Positions 19,901 through 29,839 of a DNA stretch of 64,000 bases are shown here, piece after piece. The stretch spans positions 12,191 to 76,190 of the forward strand of contig NZ_JBNGZF010000006.1 in assembly GCF_052049835.1 (NCBI RefSeq). The letters run 5' to 3'. The notes beneath the pieces are model-generated. The model saw nothing but the letters and a program-made list of their open reading frames with translations, made no database searches and was not told the origin of the DNA. Origin of the DNA: Candidatus Pelagibacter sp. Lineage in GTDB: Bacteria > Pseudomonadota > Alphaproteobacteria > Pelagibacterales > Pelagibacteraceae. The number at the start of each line of letters is the position of its first letter. Within the stretch, counting starts at the first letter, position 1. A program made the translations under genes and the position numbers.

Positions 19901-20887
19901 TTAAATTAATTTGTTTTCTGAATTATCCTCAGATTTGTATTTTTCAGTAGAGAATTGTCCTCCTTCTCTCCACATATAACTATATTTTTTAACCTCTTCA
20001 TCAAAATATCTTAAACTTGGAATACCTATATCTTTATTTGTTTTATACTTTCCTGATGAAATATTATTATATTTTAAAAGTCTCAACTGATCTCTAGTAA
20101 TCAAAGGTTGGGGCATTATCTCAAATATTCTAGCAGACAATTGAGCAAAAGGTAAAGGAAAGGGTATTAACAATCTGTTTTTATCAATTAATTTTAATAA
20201 TTTTCTGAGTATTTCTTTAAAAGTAATTACTTCAGGTCCTACACATTCAATAATGCTTGTGTGAATATTTTTTGAGATAATATGATAAATTGTATCTGTT
20301 AGATCAGAACAATGAATTGGAGCAAATTTAGTATTCCCACTATAATAAAGAGGAAACAGTGGGAGTCTATTTAATATAGTCATAAAAGTTGTGGTAAAAT
20401 TGTCATCAACCGAATATACGACTGAAGGCCTCAAAATTGTAGCTAAAGGAAAAAATTTTAAAATTTTTTCTTCACCGTCTAATTTACTCTTAGCATAATC
20501 TGAGTCGACAGCATCATTAATACCAAGTGCAGATAAATGAATAAAACGTTTAAGATTGTTTTGCTTACATAATTTAGCTAATAAAGTTGGAAATACAGTG
20601 TGTATATTCCTAAAAGTGTTTCCGCTTTTTTTTTCGTATAAAATCCCTATTAAATTAATACAAATATCAGCATTTTTAAAAAAACCTCTTATTTTGTCTT
20701 CATCATAAATATTGGACTCAACTATATCTATATAGCCAGCATTAGCTTGGGTCTTAATAATATAACTTTTTTGATGAATATTTCTCGTCACAACAGTGAC
20801 TTTGTAATTATTTTTAGTCAACTTTCTTATTAAGTTTCTGCCAATTTGACCACTACCACCAAAAATTAGACAATTTTTTGCTTTCAT
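19901..20887 (-). CDS. NAD(P)-dependent epimerase/SDR, complex I NDUFA9-like
   Basis: FGGSGQIGR, INLIGIL, HLSALG, YAKSKLDGE, LRPSVV, DQLRLL. Confidence 0.88.
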   Translation of the reverse strand: MKAKNCLIFGGSGQIGRNLIRKLTKNNYKVTVVTRNIHQKSYIIKTQANAGYIDIVESNIYDEDKIRGFFKNADICINLIGILYEKKSGNTFRNIHTVFPTLLAKLCKQNNLKRFIHLSALGINDAVDSDYAKSKLDGEEKILKFFPLATILRPSVVYSVDDNFTTTFMTILNRLPLFPLYYSGNTKFAPIHCSDLTDTIYHIISKNIHTSIIECVGPEVITFKEILRKLLKLIDKNRLLIPFPLPFAQLSARIFEIMPQPLITRDQLRLLKYNNISSGKYKTNKDIGIPSLRYFDEEVKKYSYMWREGGQFSTEKYKSEDNSENKLI

Positions 20888-20902
20888 ATATATATATTTC
20901 CA

Positions 20903-21514
20903 ATGAGTAATAAAATTGAATTACACAAAAACGATCTACCAGATGATTTGAATTTAGGCAACATTATAGCAATCGATGGAGAATTTATGGGTCTAAATGT
21001 AAGAAGAGATCCACTTTGCCTGATACAAATATCCACGGGGAATTCTGATGCTCATATAATTCAATTTGACAGAGATAATTATAATGCTCCCAACTTAGTA
21101 AAGTTATTAAAAGATCAAAAAATCACTAAAATCTTTCATTATGCTCGTGCCGATATGGCGCACATTAAGTATTATCTAAAGACAGAAACAAATAACATAC
21201 TTGATACTAAAATTGCTTCTAAATTAGCAAGGTCTTATTCAGACAATCATTCTTTAAAAATACTAATTAAAGAATTTATAAATATAGACATAAGCAAACA
21301 ATTTCAAAATTCAGATTTTGGGGGTAAGCTAACTCCGGCTCAAATTAAATATTGTGCAAACGACGTAATTTATTTACATAAAATTCATGAAGAGTTAGAG
21401 AAAATATTACAAAGAGAAGGAAGAAACAAACTTTATACAGATTGCTTAAAATTTTTAAAAATAAGAGTTGATCTCGATTTAGCTTTATTCAAAGATGATA
21501 TTTGGTCTCATTAG
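20903..21514 (+). CDS. rnd: Ribonuclease D-like 3'-5' exonuclease
   Basis: IAIDGEFMGL...RDPLCLIQI, FHYARAD, DTKIASKLAR, QIKYCANDV. Confidence 0.9.
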   Translation: MSNKIELHKNDLPDDLNLGNIIAIDGEFMGLNVRRDPLCLIQISTGNSDAHIIQFDRDNYNAPNLVKLLKDQKITKIFHYARADMAHIKYYLKTETNNILDTKIASKLARSYSDNHSLKILIKEFINIDISKQFQNSDFGGKLTPAQIKYCANDVIYLHKIHEELEKILQREGRNKLYTDCLKFLKIRVDLDLALFKDDIWSH

Positions 21515-21516
21515 TT

Positions 21517-22482
21517 ATGAAAAATGAAATTATTAAAATTGGAAAAAGTGTAATTGATTTACAAATAAGAGCTCTTAAAAAATTAAAAAATTCTATAAAT
21601 ACTGATTTTAATAAAGCTGTAGATAAAATAATTAAATGTAAATCTAAAATAGTGATATGTGGAGTTGGAAAAAGTGGAATAATTGCGTCTAAAATTTCTG
21701 CAACATTATCTTCTGTGGGTACACCTTCATTCACAGTTTCTGCTAATGATTGTTCACACGGTGATTTAGGTAGAATATCAAGAGGAGATATTTTAATATT
21801 AATAAGTAACTCAGGAAATACAAGTGAACTAAAAAATATTATAAAATATGCAAGATCATATAATATTTTTTTGATTGGAATAATGTCTAACAAAAATTCA
21901 ATATTATATAAGAATTCAAATATAAAATTACACATACCTGAAGTAGAAGAGTCGGGACATGGAATTGTTCCAACATCAAGTACAGCAGCGCAACTTTCTA
22001 TTGGAGATGCTTTAGCTATTGCTCTAATGAATAAAAAAAAATTTAGTAAACTTGATTTTAAAAAATTCCACCCTCTAGGAAGTTTGGGTAATAAATTAAA
22101 AACTGCTAGTGATCTGATGCTAACAAAAAAAAGAATACCATTTATTAATGAAAATCAGACAATGAAAGAAGCAATAAAAATTATCAATATTAAGAAACTA
22201 GGATTTTTGGTTGTTATAAACTCTCTAGGATATACGACAGGTGTTTTCACTGATGGTGATCTTAAGAGATTAATGAGAAAAAAAAATAAAATTGAAAGTT
22301 TAAGAATTAAACACTTCATGTCAAAAAAACCATTTAGTGTCGACGAAAATACCTTAGCTTCAGATATTTTAAATCAAATGAATAAACGAAAAATTACAAA
22401 TGTTTGTGTTTTTAAAAAAAATAATAAACATAAAACAATAGGTATTCTACATATTCACGATTTAATTAATAATTTAAGATAA
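21517..22482 (+). CDS. kdsD: Arabinose-5-phosphate isomerase (KpsF/GutQ; SIS plus CBS domains)
   Basis: CGVGKSG, SHGDLG, SNSGNT, PTSS, DALAIAL, FHPLGSLG, GVFTDGDLKR. ATG at 21517 preferred over the TTG at 21502. Confidence 0.93.
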   Translation: MKNEIIKIGKSVIDLQIRALKKLKNSINTDFNKAVDKIIKCKSKIVICGVGKSGIIASKISATLSSVGTPSFTVSANDCSHGDLGRISRGDILILISNSGNTSELKNIIKYARSYNIFLIGIMSNKNSILYKNSNIKLHIPEVEESGHGIVPTSSTAAQLSIGDALAIALMNKKKFSKLDFKKFHPLGSLGNKLKTASDLMLTKKRIPFINENQTMKEAIKIINIKKLGFLVVINSLGYTTGVFTDGDLKRLMRKKNKIESLRIKHFMSKKPFSVDENTLASDILNQMNKRKITNVCVFKKNNKHKTIGILHIHDLINNLR

Positions 22483-22487
22483 TTTGA

Positions 22488-23066
22488 ATGAAAAGTTTTT
22501 TACAACTATTTCTTTTATTTATTTTAATTGTCATAGGCATTTTTTTTTATAATAGCTATTTTGTTGAAAAAAATATTGTTACTGAAACTTTTGACGAAAA
22601 CAATATAGACAGAAAAATCACTCAAAATAAAAAAAATATAATTACCAATTTACAATATAATGTTGAACTAAAGGATAGTGGAAAATATGAAATTAAATCT
22701 AAATCAAGCGAATTAATTTATGAAAATGGTTTTGAATTAGTTTTTATGAAAGACGTAGTAGCTATCTTTACAGATAAAAAAAATAGAAAAATTTTTATTA
22801 CTTCTGATTTTGCCACATTTAATTCATCCAATTACAACACTTATTTTAAAGAAAATATTAAAATCAATTACCAAAACCATAATATTTCATCGGGCAAAAT
22901 AGACTTTAATTTCATAGAAAACGATATTTTGGTTTACGAAAATGTCGTATACAGTGGCCCAAAAAATAAAATCCATACGGATAATATTAAAATAAATTTG
23001 ATTACAAAAAATATTGATTTTTATATGGATAATTCTAATGAGAATATTAAAATTATAACTAGATAA
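22488..23066 (+). CDS. lptC: LPS export protein LptC
   Basis: N-terminal TM helix followed by a beta-rich domain; located between kdsD and lptB. Sequence similarity is weak, so the call rests on synteny. Confidence 0.75.
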   Translation: MKSFLQLFLLFILIVIGIFFYNSYFVEKNIVTETFDENNIDRKITQNKKNIITNLQYNVELKDSGKYEIKSKSSELIYENGFELVFMKDVVAIFTDKKNRKIFITSDFATFNSSNYNTYFKENIKINYQNHNISSGKIDFNFIENDILVYENVVYSGPKNKIHTDNIKINLITKNIDFYMDNSNENIKIITR

Positions 23067-23069
23067 TTT

Positions 23070-23849
23070 ATGAGCACTAATATTAAGAAATTTAGAATAA
23101 AATCATTTAAAAAAAATAATTCAATATTAAAACTCGAGAAAATATCATTAAAATATGGAAATAAAACTATCTTGGATAGTCTAAATTTAAATTTAAATAA
23201 TGGACAAATATTAGGTTTGCTTGGACCAAATGGAGTTGGGAAATCCACAATTTTTAATCTTATAACAGGACTAGTTTCACCTGATTATGGTTCAATATTT
23301 ATTAATTCAGAAAAAGTAAATAATTTTCCAATTTACGAAAGAACTTTAAAATTTAAAATTGGTTTTGTTCCTCAATATGGTGGTTACTTTCATGATTTGA
23401 CAGTTATAGAAAATCTAAATGCGATAGCTGAAATTACAATTAGAGATGCTAGTTCAAGAAACCAAAAAGTAAATTCGCTTATCTCTAAATTTGAATTAGA
23501 CCCGGTGAGAGATATTAACGCAACTTTATTATCTGGAGGTCAAAAAAAAAAGTTGGTTATAGCAATTGCTTTAATATCTGATCCTAAGATTCTTTTGCTT
23601 GACGAGCCTTTCGCTGCTTTAGATGTTATGACAATAAAAATATTGCAAGATATAATAGTAAGTTTGCAAAGTTTTAATAATATATCGGTTATTCTTTGCG
23701 ATCATCAAGCTAGAGATTTATTAAGATGTGTAGATTCTGCTGCAATAATCCATAATGGCAGAGTTGTGGCACAAGATACCCCTTCGAATTTAATCAACGA
23801 TACTGTAGCCAGAAATACCTATTTCGGTGATTCATTTAGAATAAATTAA
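23070..23849 (+). CDS. lptB: LPS export ABC ATPase
   Basis: GLLGPNGVGKST, LSGGQ, LLDEPFA, LCDHQ, terminal YFGDSF. Confidence 0.92.
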   Translation: MSTNIKKFRIKSFKKNNSILKLEKISLKYGNKTILDSLNLNLNNGQILGLLGPNGVGKSTIFNLITGLVSPDYGSIFINSEKVNNFPIYERTLKFKIGFVPQYGGYFHDLTVIENLNAIAEITIRDASSRNQKVNSLISKFELDPVRDINATLLSGGQKKKLVIAIALISDPKILLLDEPFAALDVMTIKILQDIIVSLQSFNNISVILCDHQARDLLRCVDSAAIIHNGRVVAQDTPSNLINDTVARNTYFGDSFRIN

Positions 23850-23854
23850 AAAAA

Positions 23855-25177
23855 GTGAATAAAATTTTAACAATAAAGAACACAATTAAACCATTCAAAA
23901 AAACTATTTCTATAGAAGGTGATAAAAGTATTTCAATAAGATGGGCTCTTATTGCTTCACAATCAGAAGGGAAATCAACTGCTCTGAATTTGTTAAGATC
24001 TGAAGATGTAATGAGTACTATAGAATGTTTAAGAAGACTTGGGGTGAAAGTTTATCTATCAAAAAAAATTTGCAAGATTCAAGGTGTGGGTCTTAATGGA
24101 TTTAATTTTAAAAAAAATTGTGTCCTAAATGCTGGAAATTCAGGTACTCTTGCTAGACTAATTCTAGGCCTATTAATTCATACAAAAAAAAAAATAAAAA
24201 TTATCGGTGATAAAAGTCTTTCTAAAAGAGATTTTAATAGAGTTATAGAACCTCTTGAAAAATTTGGAGCAAAATTTAATTCTAATTCGGGAAAACTTCC
24301 AATTACAATTATGGGTACAAATAATCCAAAACCAATTAATTTTTATGAAAAAAAAGGGTCAGCACAAATTAAAAGTAGCATAATGCTTGCCGCTCTCAAT
24401 ACCAAAAATACAACAACTATTCGAGCTAAAAAATCTAGAAATCATACTGAGCTTTTTTTTAAATATTTAAAAATACCCTTTAAAATAAAAAAAATGAAAA
24501 AATTTGATATAATTAAAATAAATGGTGGAAGTAAAATTATAAAACTTGATTACAGAATTCCATCAGATATAAGTTCTAGTGCATTTTTTATCGTATTGAC
24601 TGTATTGTCAAAAAATTCTGAATTAAAAATTAAAAATGTAAATATGAATTCTTCTAGAATAGGTATTATCAAAATATTAAAACTAATGGGTATTAATTTA
24701 AAATTTAGCAACTTGAGAACATATAATGGTGAAAAAGTTTCTGATATATTTGTAAAAAGTCAAAATAAAATTAAATCTATAAATTGCCCTGAAAGTCTTA
24801 ACTCAGCATCTATAGATGAGTTTCTTTTAATTTTTTTGTTAGCAGCAAGAGCAAATGGTATATCTTATTTTAAAAATTTATCAGAGCTTAATGAGAAGGA
24901 AAGCCCAAGGCTAAAATGGGGATCAAAATTACTAAATTTAATGGGTGTCAAAAATACATTGACTAAAAATAATATAAAAATATTTGGTAATCCAGATTTA
25001 AAGATTGATAAAAAAATTGTAATTAAAGATTTCTTAAAAGATCACAGGGTTTTTATGACAAGTGTAATTGCTGCACTTTCTCTTGGAGGTGAATGGAAAA
25101 TTTCAGATAAAGACTCAATTAATACATCTTTTCCATCTTTTCTGAGCAAACTAAGAGAAATAGGCCTAAAGAGCTGA
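23855..25177 (+). CDS. aroA: EPSP synthase (class II), GTG start
   Basis: GDKSIS.R, NAGNSGT, SAQIKS, SRNHTE, IDE, KESPR, DHR. Confidence 0.95.
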   Translation: MNKILTIKNTIKPFKKTISIEGDKSISIRWALIASQSEGKSTALNLLRSEDVMSTIECLRRLGVKVYLSKKICKIQGVGLNGFNFKKNCVLNAGNSGTLARLILGLLIHTKKKIKIIGDKSLSKRDFNRVIEPLEKFGAKFNSNSGKLPITIMGTNNPKPINFYEKKGSAQIKSSIMLAALNTKNTTTIRAKKSRNHTELFFKYLKIPFKIKKMKKFDIIKINGGSKIIKLDYRIPSDISSSAFFIVLTVLSKNSELKIKNVNMNSSRIGIIKILKLMGINLKFSNLRTYNGEKVSDIFVKSQNKIKSINCPESLNSASIDEFLLIFLLAARANGISYFKNLSELNEKESPRLKWGSKLLNLMGVKNTLTKNNIKIFGNPDLKIDKKIVIKDFLKDHRVFMTSVIAALSLGGEWKISDKDSINTSFPSFLSKLREIGLKS

Positions 25178-25274
25178 CAAAATTGAGCTATTTTTTTAAT
25201 TTCTATGTTGATAAATCTAATAAATTTAATTAAAAGTTCCAAGTTTTTTAAAATAAAAACTATGCTTAAAATTA

Positions 25275-26999
25275 ATGGAAATTTATAAAGATTTAACTAA
25301 CCCTGCCACATCTGAATTTGAAAAACTGTTAAACAGTCAACTCTCAAAAATAAACATTGAAGAAGGAAAAATAATAGAGGGTAAAATAAATAAAATTACA
25401 GAAAAATTTGTGTTCTTATTAGTGGAGGGATTAAAATCAGAGCCTATCCTAGATATAAACGAATTGAAAAGTATGGGATTGGGCGAAAAGATTAGAATAG
25501 GTGAAACAATACCAGTTTTATTAGAAAAAATAGAGGATAAAAATGGAGAGGTATTAGTTTCAGCAAGTAAAGCACAAAAAATAAAGGGTTGGGATAAACT
25601 AGTTGAAGCTTATGAAAAAAATGAGCCCATAATGGGGAAAATTACATCAAAATGTAAAGGTGGATGTATTGTTGAACATATTGATACAGGTTCTTTAATG
25701 TTTTTACCAGGATCTCAAATAAGTGATAAGCCATTAAAAGACATAAGCCATCTAATGAATGAACCACAAAAATTTGCTTTAATTAAACTTGATAAAGTAA
25801 GAGGTAATGCATGTGTTTCCAGAAGAGAAATAATATCCTCATTTAAAAAAGAGGATAAGGCTAAAATAATTGAGAAATATAAAGTTGGAGATATTATTAA
25901 AGGTGCGGAAGTGAAAGGATATAGTACATTTGGATGTTTTTTTAATGTAAATGGAGAATTAGATGTGTTAGTTCATTTACAGGAAATTTCATACTCTAGG
26001 GTAAATCATCCAGATGAGGTATTTAATATTGGTGAAAAACATGATCTAAAAGTTATAAGTGTTGATAAAGAAAAATTACAGGTTGGTTGTTCTGTAAAAC
26101 AACTTTCTCCAGACCCCTTCGAGCATATTGAGAACTACGAATTAAATAAAATTTACAAAGTGAAAGTAGTTAAATTAATGGACTTTGGTGCTTTTTGCGA
26201 ATTAGAGCCAGGACTAATTACTTTGCTTCATTCAAGTGAGCTAAGTTGGACGAAAAAGAATATTTTAGCAAAAAAAATGCTCAAAATTGGGGACGAGATA
26301 GATTGTGTAATTACAGAAATAGATAAAAATAAACGAAGAGTTGCCATATCACACAGACTTACTAAAGAAAATCCTTTTGAAATATTTGAAAAGAAATACC
26401 CAGTAGGAACGATCGTTGAAACTGAAGTTGTAAATAAAAATGAATACTCTTTATTTGTAAATATTAAAGATTTAGATGTGGATGCATTTTTACACTGCAA
26501 TGATCTTACTTATGGAACAAATGGGGAAGAGGAATTAAATAAATATAAGAAAGGTGATAAAATAAAAGTAAAAGTATTAGAGATTAATGTAGCTGAACAA
26601 AAAATTAGAGTAGGCTTAAAACAAACTCAACCTGACCCATTTGATTGGTTTAAAGATAAATCTAAAAATCAAATAATAACTGTAAAAGTTGTTTCTACTG
26701 ATAACAAAGGTTTAATTGTTAAACCAGAAGGATGTGAATTAGATTTTCAAATTAAAAAATCAGCTATTGCAATTAATAGCGCTGATGCAAGACCAGGTAG
26801 ATGGACTGGTGGTGAAAAACTTGATTGCGCCATAGCTGATCTTGATCTAGAGAAAAGAAAAGTAACTTTAAGCATAAAACTTCTGGAGGAAATCGAAAAA
26901 AAAGAAGCTTTAGAAAAATATGGGTCAGAAGGTTCTGGAAAAAACTTACCTTTTTCGTCATTATCAGAGGATCTGAAAAAGAAAGAAGAAGAAAAATAA
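25275..26999 (+). CDS. rpsA: 30S ribosomal protein S1
   Basis: Six S1 repeats (GGCIVE, FLPGSQ, LVHLQEISY, FGAF, LHSSELSW, AFLHCNDL). Confidence 0.97.
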   Translation: MEIYKDLTNPATSEFEKLLNSQLSKINIEEGKIIEGKINKITEKFVFLLVEGLKSEPILDINELKSMGLGEKIRIGETIPVLLEKIEDKNGEVLVSASKAQKIKGWDKLVEAYEKNEPIMGKITSKCKGGCIVEHIDTGSLMFLPGSQISDKPLKDISHLMNEPQKFALIKLDKVRGNACVSRREIISSFKKEDKAKIIEKYKVGDIIKGAEVKGYSTFGCFFNVNGELDVLVHLQEISYSRVNHPDEVFNIGEKHDLKVISVDKEKLQVGCSVKQLSPDPFEHIENYELNKIYKVKVVKLMDFGAFCELEPGLITLLHSSELSWTKKNILAKKMLKIGDEIDCVITEIDKNKRRVAISHRLTKENPFEIFEKKYPVGTIVETEVVNKNEYSLFVNIKDLDVDAFLHCNDLTYGTNGEEELNKYKKGDKIKVKVLEINVAEQKIRVGLKQTQPDPFDWFKDKSKNQIITVKVVSTDNKGLIVKPEGCELDFQIKKSAIAINSADARPGRWTGGEKLDCAIADLDLEKRKVTLSIKLLEEIEKKEALEKYGSEGSGKNLPFSSLSEDLKKKEEEK

Positions 27000-27018
27000 T
27001 TATTTAAAAAGACTTAAA

Positions 27019-27312
27019 TTGGCTATTGTAAAATCGAAGCTTTTAAAAAAACTCTCAGAGAATTATCCAAATTTTTTAAAAAAAGATCTTAATAAGTTTA
27101 CAGATATAATATTAAATGAAATAAAAAGATCTCTAAAAAGAGGTGATAGAGTAGAGCTTAGAGGCTTTGGTGTTTTTTTTACAAAGTTACAAAAAGCAAG
27201 AATATCGAGAAATCCAAAAACTGGAGAAAAAGTAAATACTCCAGAGAAAAAAACAATTCACTTTAAAATGTCAAAAGATTTGTTTAAAAAATTAAATGAA
27301 AATGAAGAATAA
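27019..27312 (+). CDS. ihfB: Integration host factor beta / HU family, TTG start
   Basis: RVELRGFGVF, RNPKTGE, HFKMSK; follows rpsA. Confidence 0.9.
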   Translation: MAIVKSKLLKKLSENYPNFLKKDLNKFTDIILNEIKRSLKRGDRVELRGFGVFFTKLQKARISRNPKTGEKVNTPEKKTIHFKMSKDLFKKLNENEE

Positions 27313-27994
27313 ATATATTTTTGTAGCATGCGATACCTCTAATTTAAATAAAATAAAAAAAATAATTAATCAAACAAAAACAAATAAAATTAAAATTATA
27401 CCTAAATTTGGCCTTCAATTCTTCTATTCAAGAAATGGTAGAAAATTTTTAGAAAAATTTAAAAATGATTTTTGGTTGGATTTAAAGATAAATGATATCC
27501 CTCAAACTGCATTATCTGCCATTGATAGCTTAAAAGATTTAAAAAAATGTAAATATATAACTGTCCATGCAAATGGAGGAATGGAAATGCTTAAATCAAT
27601 AAAAAAGAAAGCAAAGAAAATAAATAAAAATTTAAAAGTTTTAGGAGTTACAATTTTAACAAGTCTTAATAATAAATCTCTTAAAGAGATAGGTCATACA
27701 AAAAATGTAAAACAGTTGGTTTTAAGACAAGCAGAATTAATAAAAAAATCAGGATGTGATGGTTTAGTTTGCTCTGCTCAAGAAGCCGCAATGGTTAGCA
27801 AAAGATACAGAAATTTATTAATCATAACTCCAGGAATTAGGTTACCAGGTGACAGTTCAAATGATCAAATGAGGATTATGACACCTAAACAAGCTTTTGC
27901 AAATAATGTTTCTGGCATTGTTATAGGAAGATCTCTTACAAAAGGTAACATAAAAAATAACATCAAAAAACTTAATGATCATCTTAACAAATGA
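27296..27994 (+). CDS. pyrF: Orotidine-5'-phosphate decarboxylase
   Basis: VACD, catalytic LDLKINDIPQT, VTILTS, VCSAQE, TPGIR, QMRIMTP, VIGR. Confidence 0.96.
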   Translation: MKMKNKYIFVACDTSNLNKIKKIINQTKTNKIKIIPKFGLQFFYSRNGRKFLEKFKNDFWLDLKINDIPQTALSAIDSLKDLKKCKYITVHANGGMEMLKSIKKKAKKINKNLKVLGVTILTSLNNKSLKEIGHTKNVKQLVLRQAELIKKSGCDGLVCSAQEAAMVSKRYRNLLIITPGIRLPGDSSNDQMRIMTPKQAFANNVSGIVIGRSLTKGNIKNNIKKLNDHLNK

Positions 27995-28620
27995 TCAAAG
28001 GTTGTAAAATTTGTGGTATAAAAGATTCTGGTACTTTAGATTACATAATAAATCACCCCTACCCTCCAAAATTTATTGGCTTCATTTGTAATTACCCAAA
28101 AAGCTCAAGATATGTTGAACTTAACTCTCTAAACAAATTGTTAAATGTAAAAAAAAACAAAAGTGAATTTGTTGCTGTGTTGGTAAAACCTAACAATAAA
28201 ATTTTAGAGGAAATAAAAAGTTTACCTTTTGATTATTATCAGTTGTATGACTGTGGCCCAGATGAAATTAAAATTATAAAACAAAAATATCAAAAAAAAA
28301 TTATTACAGCTTTAACAATTAAAGATGAATCCGATGTTCTTAAATATAAGTCATTCGTTGACGTAACAGATATATATTTATTTGATAGCAAAGGTTATGA
28401 AAAAAGTCATAGCTTTGATCATAACTTGATTAAAAATATCAAATTAAACAAGGAATCAATGCTAGCTGGTAATATAAAATTCGATGATAACCTAGAAAAT
28501 TATGAGAAAATTGCTAATTACATAGATTTATCTGGAGGCTTGGAAACTTCTGGATTAAAAGATGCTTCCAAAATAGATATTTTTTTAAAAAATTTAAATA
28601 GATTGAAAAATGAAACTTAA
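27991..28620 (+). CDS. trpF: Phosphoribosylanthranilate isomerase (divergent)
   Basis: KICGI, LFDSKG, LAGNI, DLSGGLE; sits in the pyrF-trpF-trpB-trpA-accD order. Confidence 0.88.
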   Translation: MIKGCKICGIKDSGTLDYIINHPYPPKFIGFICNYPKSSRYVELNSLNKLLNVKKNKSEFVAVLVKPNNKILEEIKSLPFDYYQLYDCGPDEIKIIKQKYQKKIITALTIKDESDVLKYKSFVDVTDIYLFDSKGYEKSHSFDHNLIKNIKLNKESMLAGNIKFDDNLENYEKIANYIDLSGGLETSGLKDASKIDIFLKNLNRLKNET

Positions 28621-29839
28621 AAAAAAAATTCCTCTAATTGACCAACATGATCGTCACGGTTTTTGGGGTGGTAAATTTGGAGGAAGTTTTATTCCTGAAA
28701 CTTTAAAAAAACCTGTAGAGGATTTGACTAAAGAATTTTCGAAATTAAGGAATAACAAGAATTTTTTAAAAAAGAGAGATTATTACTTTAAAAATTATAT
28801 AGGATCACCCACATCATTTGTGAAATTAGAAAATTTATCTAATCATTTAGGTGGTGCTCAAATATGGGCTAAAGTTGTATCTGAGGCAAATGGCGGTGCT
28901 CATAAAATATATAATGCAACTGTTCATGCTTTAATTTGTAAAGCAATGGGGAAAAAATATATAGTTGGCGACACGGGCGCAGGTTATGCTGGTAAAATGT
29001 TGAGTATGGCTGCTAAAAAATTTGGTCTCAAATGCAAAATTTTTATGGGTGCAAAAGATATTAAAAGACAAAAGCCAAATTGTGATGCAATGAGAAAAAA
29101 TGGCGCCGAAATAGTTCCTGTTTATTCTGGAAGCCAAACTTTAGTTGATGCAGTAAGTGAATGCATGAGATATTGGGTATCAAATTGTGATACTACTCAC
29201 ATGTGTGTTGGAAGTACAGTTGGTCCAAATATATTTGTAAAAATTTGTGGATGGAGTACAGCACAAATTTCAAGAGAATTAAAAATACAAATTAAACAAG
29301 AATTTAAAAAAATTCCAAAAAAAATTAAATTAATCAACTGTGTGGGTGGTGGGAGTTCAGCATATGGTTTTTGGAGTGAATTTATAGATTTTAATAAATC
29401 GCAAATAGAGTTAGTTGGTGTAGAGGCTGGAGGTCCAAAAAAATCTAAACTTCATGCTGCGCCTTTAAGTAGAAATGCTAAAATTGGAATTTTACATGGC
29501 GCAGCCTCATATGTTTGTCAAAACAATGAAGGTCAAATAAATGACACTGAGTCGATAAGTGCTGGATTAGATTACCCAGGGGTAAGTCCAATACATTGTT
29601 TTTTAAAAGATACAAAACGAGCAAGATACACTTATGCAACTGATGAAGATGCACTAAAAGCACACGTAATGGTAACTAAATTTGAAAAACTTAATCCAAG
29701 TTTAGAGCCCAGTCATGCATTTGCAGAAGCAATAAAAATTGCTCCAAAATTAAGTAAAGATACCATAATAATAGTTAACTCTTGTGGTGATGCTAAAAAA
29801 GATAGAGATATCTTAAGAGAAAGACTGGGTAAAAATTAA
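28610..29839 (+). CDS. trpB: Tryptophan synthase beta chain (highly divergent active site)
   Basis: GGAHK (PLP Lys), TGAG, MGAKD..RQ.PN, VGGGS, SISAGLDYPG, LE.SHA; lies between trpF and trpA. Confidence 0.9.
   Translation: MKLKKKIPLIDQHDRHGFWGGKFGGSFIPETLKKPVEDLTKEFSKLRNNKNFLKKRDYYFKNYIGSPTSFVKLENLSNHLGGAQIWAKVVSEANGGAHKIYNATVHALICKAMGKKYIVGDTGAGYAGKMLSMAAKKFGLKCKIFMGAKDIKRQKPNCDAMRKNGAEIVPVYSGSQTLVDAVSECMRYWVSNCDTTHMCVGSTVGPNIFVKICGWSTAQISRELKIQIKQEFKKIPKKIKLINCVGGGSSAYGFWSEFIDFNKSQIELVGVEAGGPKKSKLHAAPLSRNAKIGILHGAASYVCQNNEGQINDTESISAGLDYPGVSPIHCFLKDTKRARYTYATDEDALKAHVMVTKFEKLNPSLEPSHAFAEAIKIAPKLSKDTIIIVNSCGDAKKDRDILRERLGKN

Noticed and set aside
25206-25289. 27-codon plus-strand ORF (MLINLINLIKSSKFF...) in the aroA-rpsA gap
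   Set aside because: It overlaps the rpsA start out of frame, has low complexity and shows no similarity to Cmk; not a cmk remnant as far as I can see.
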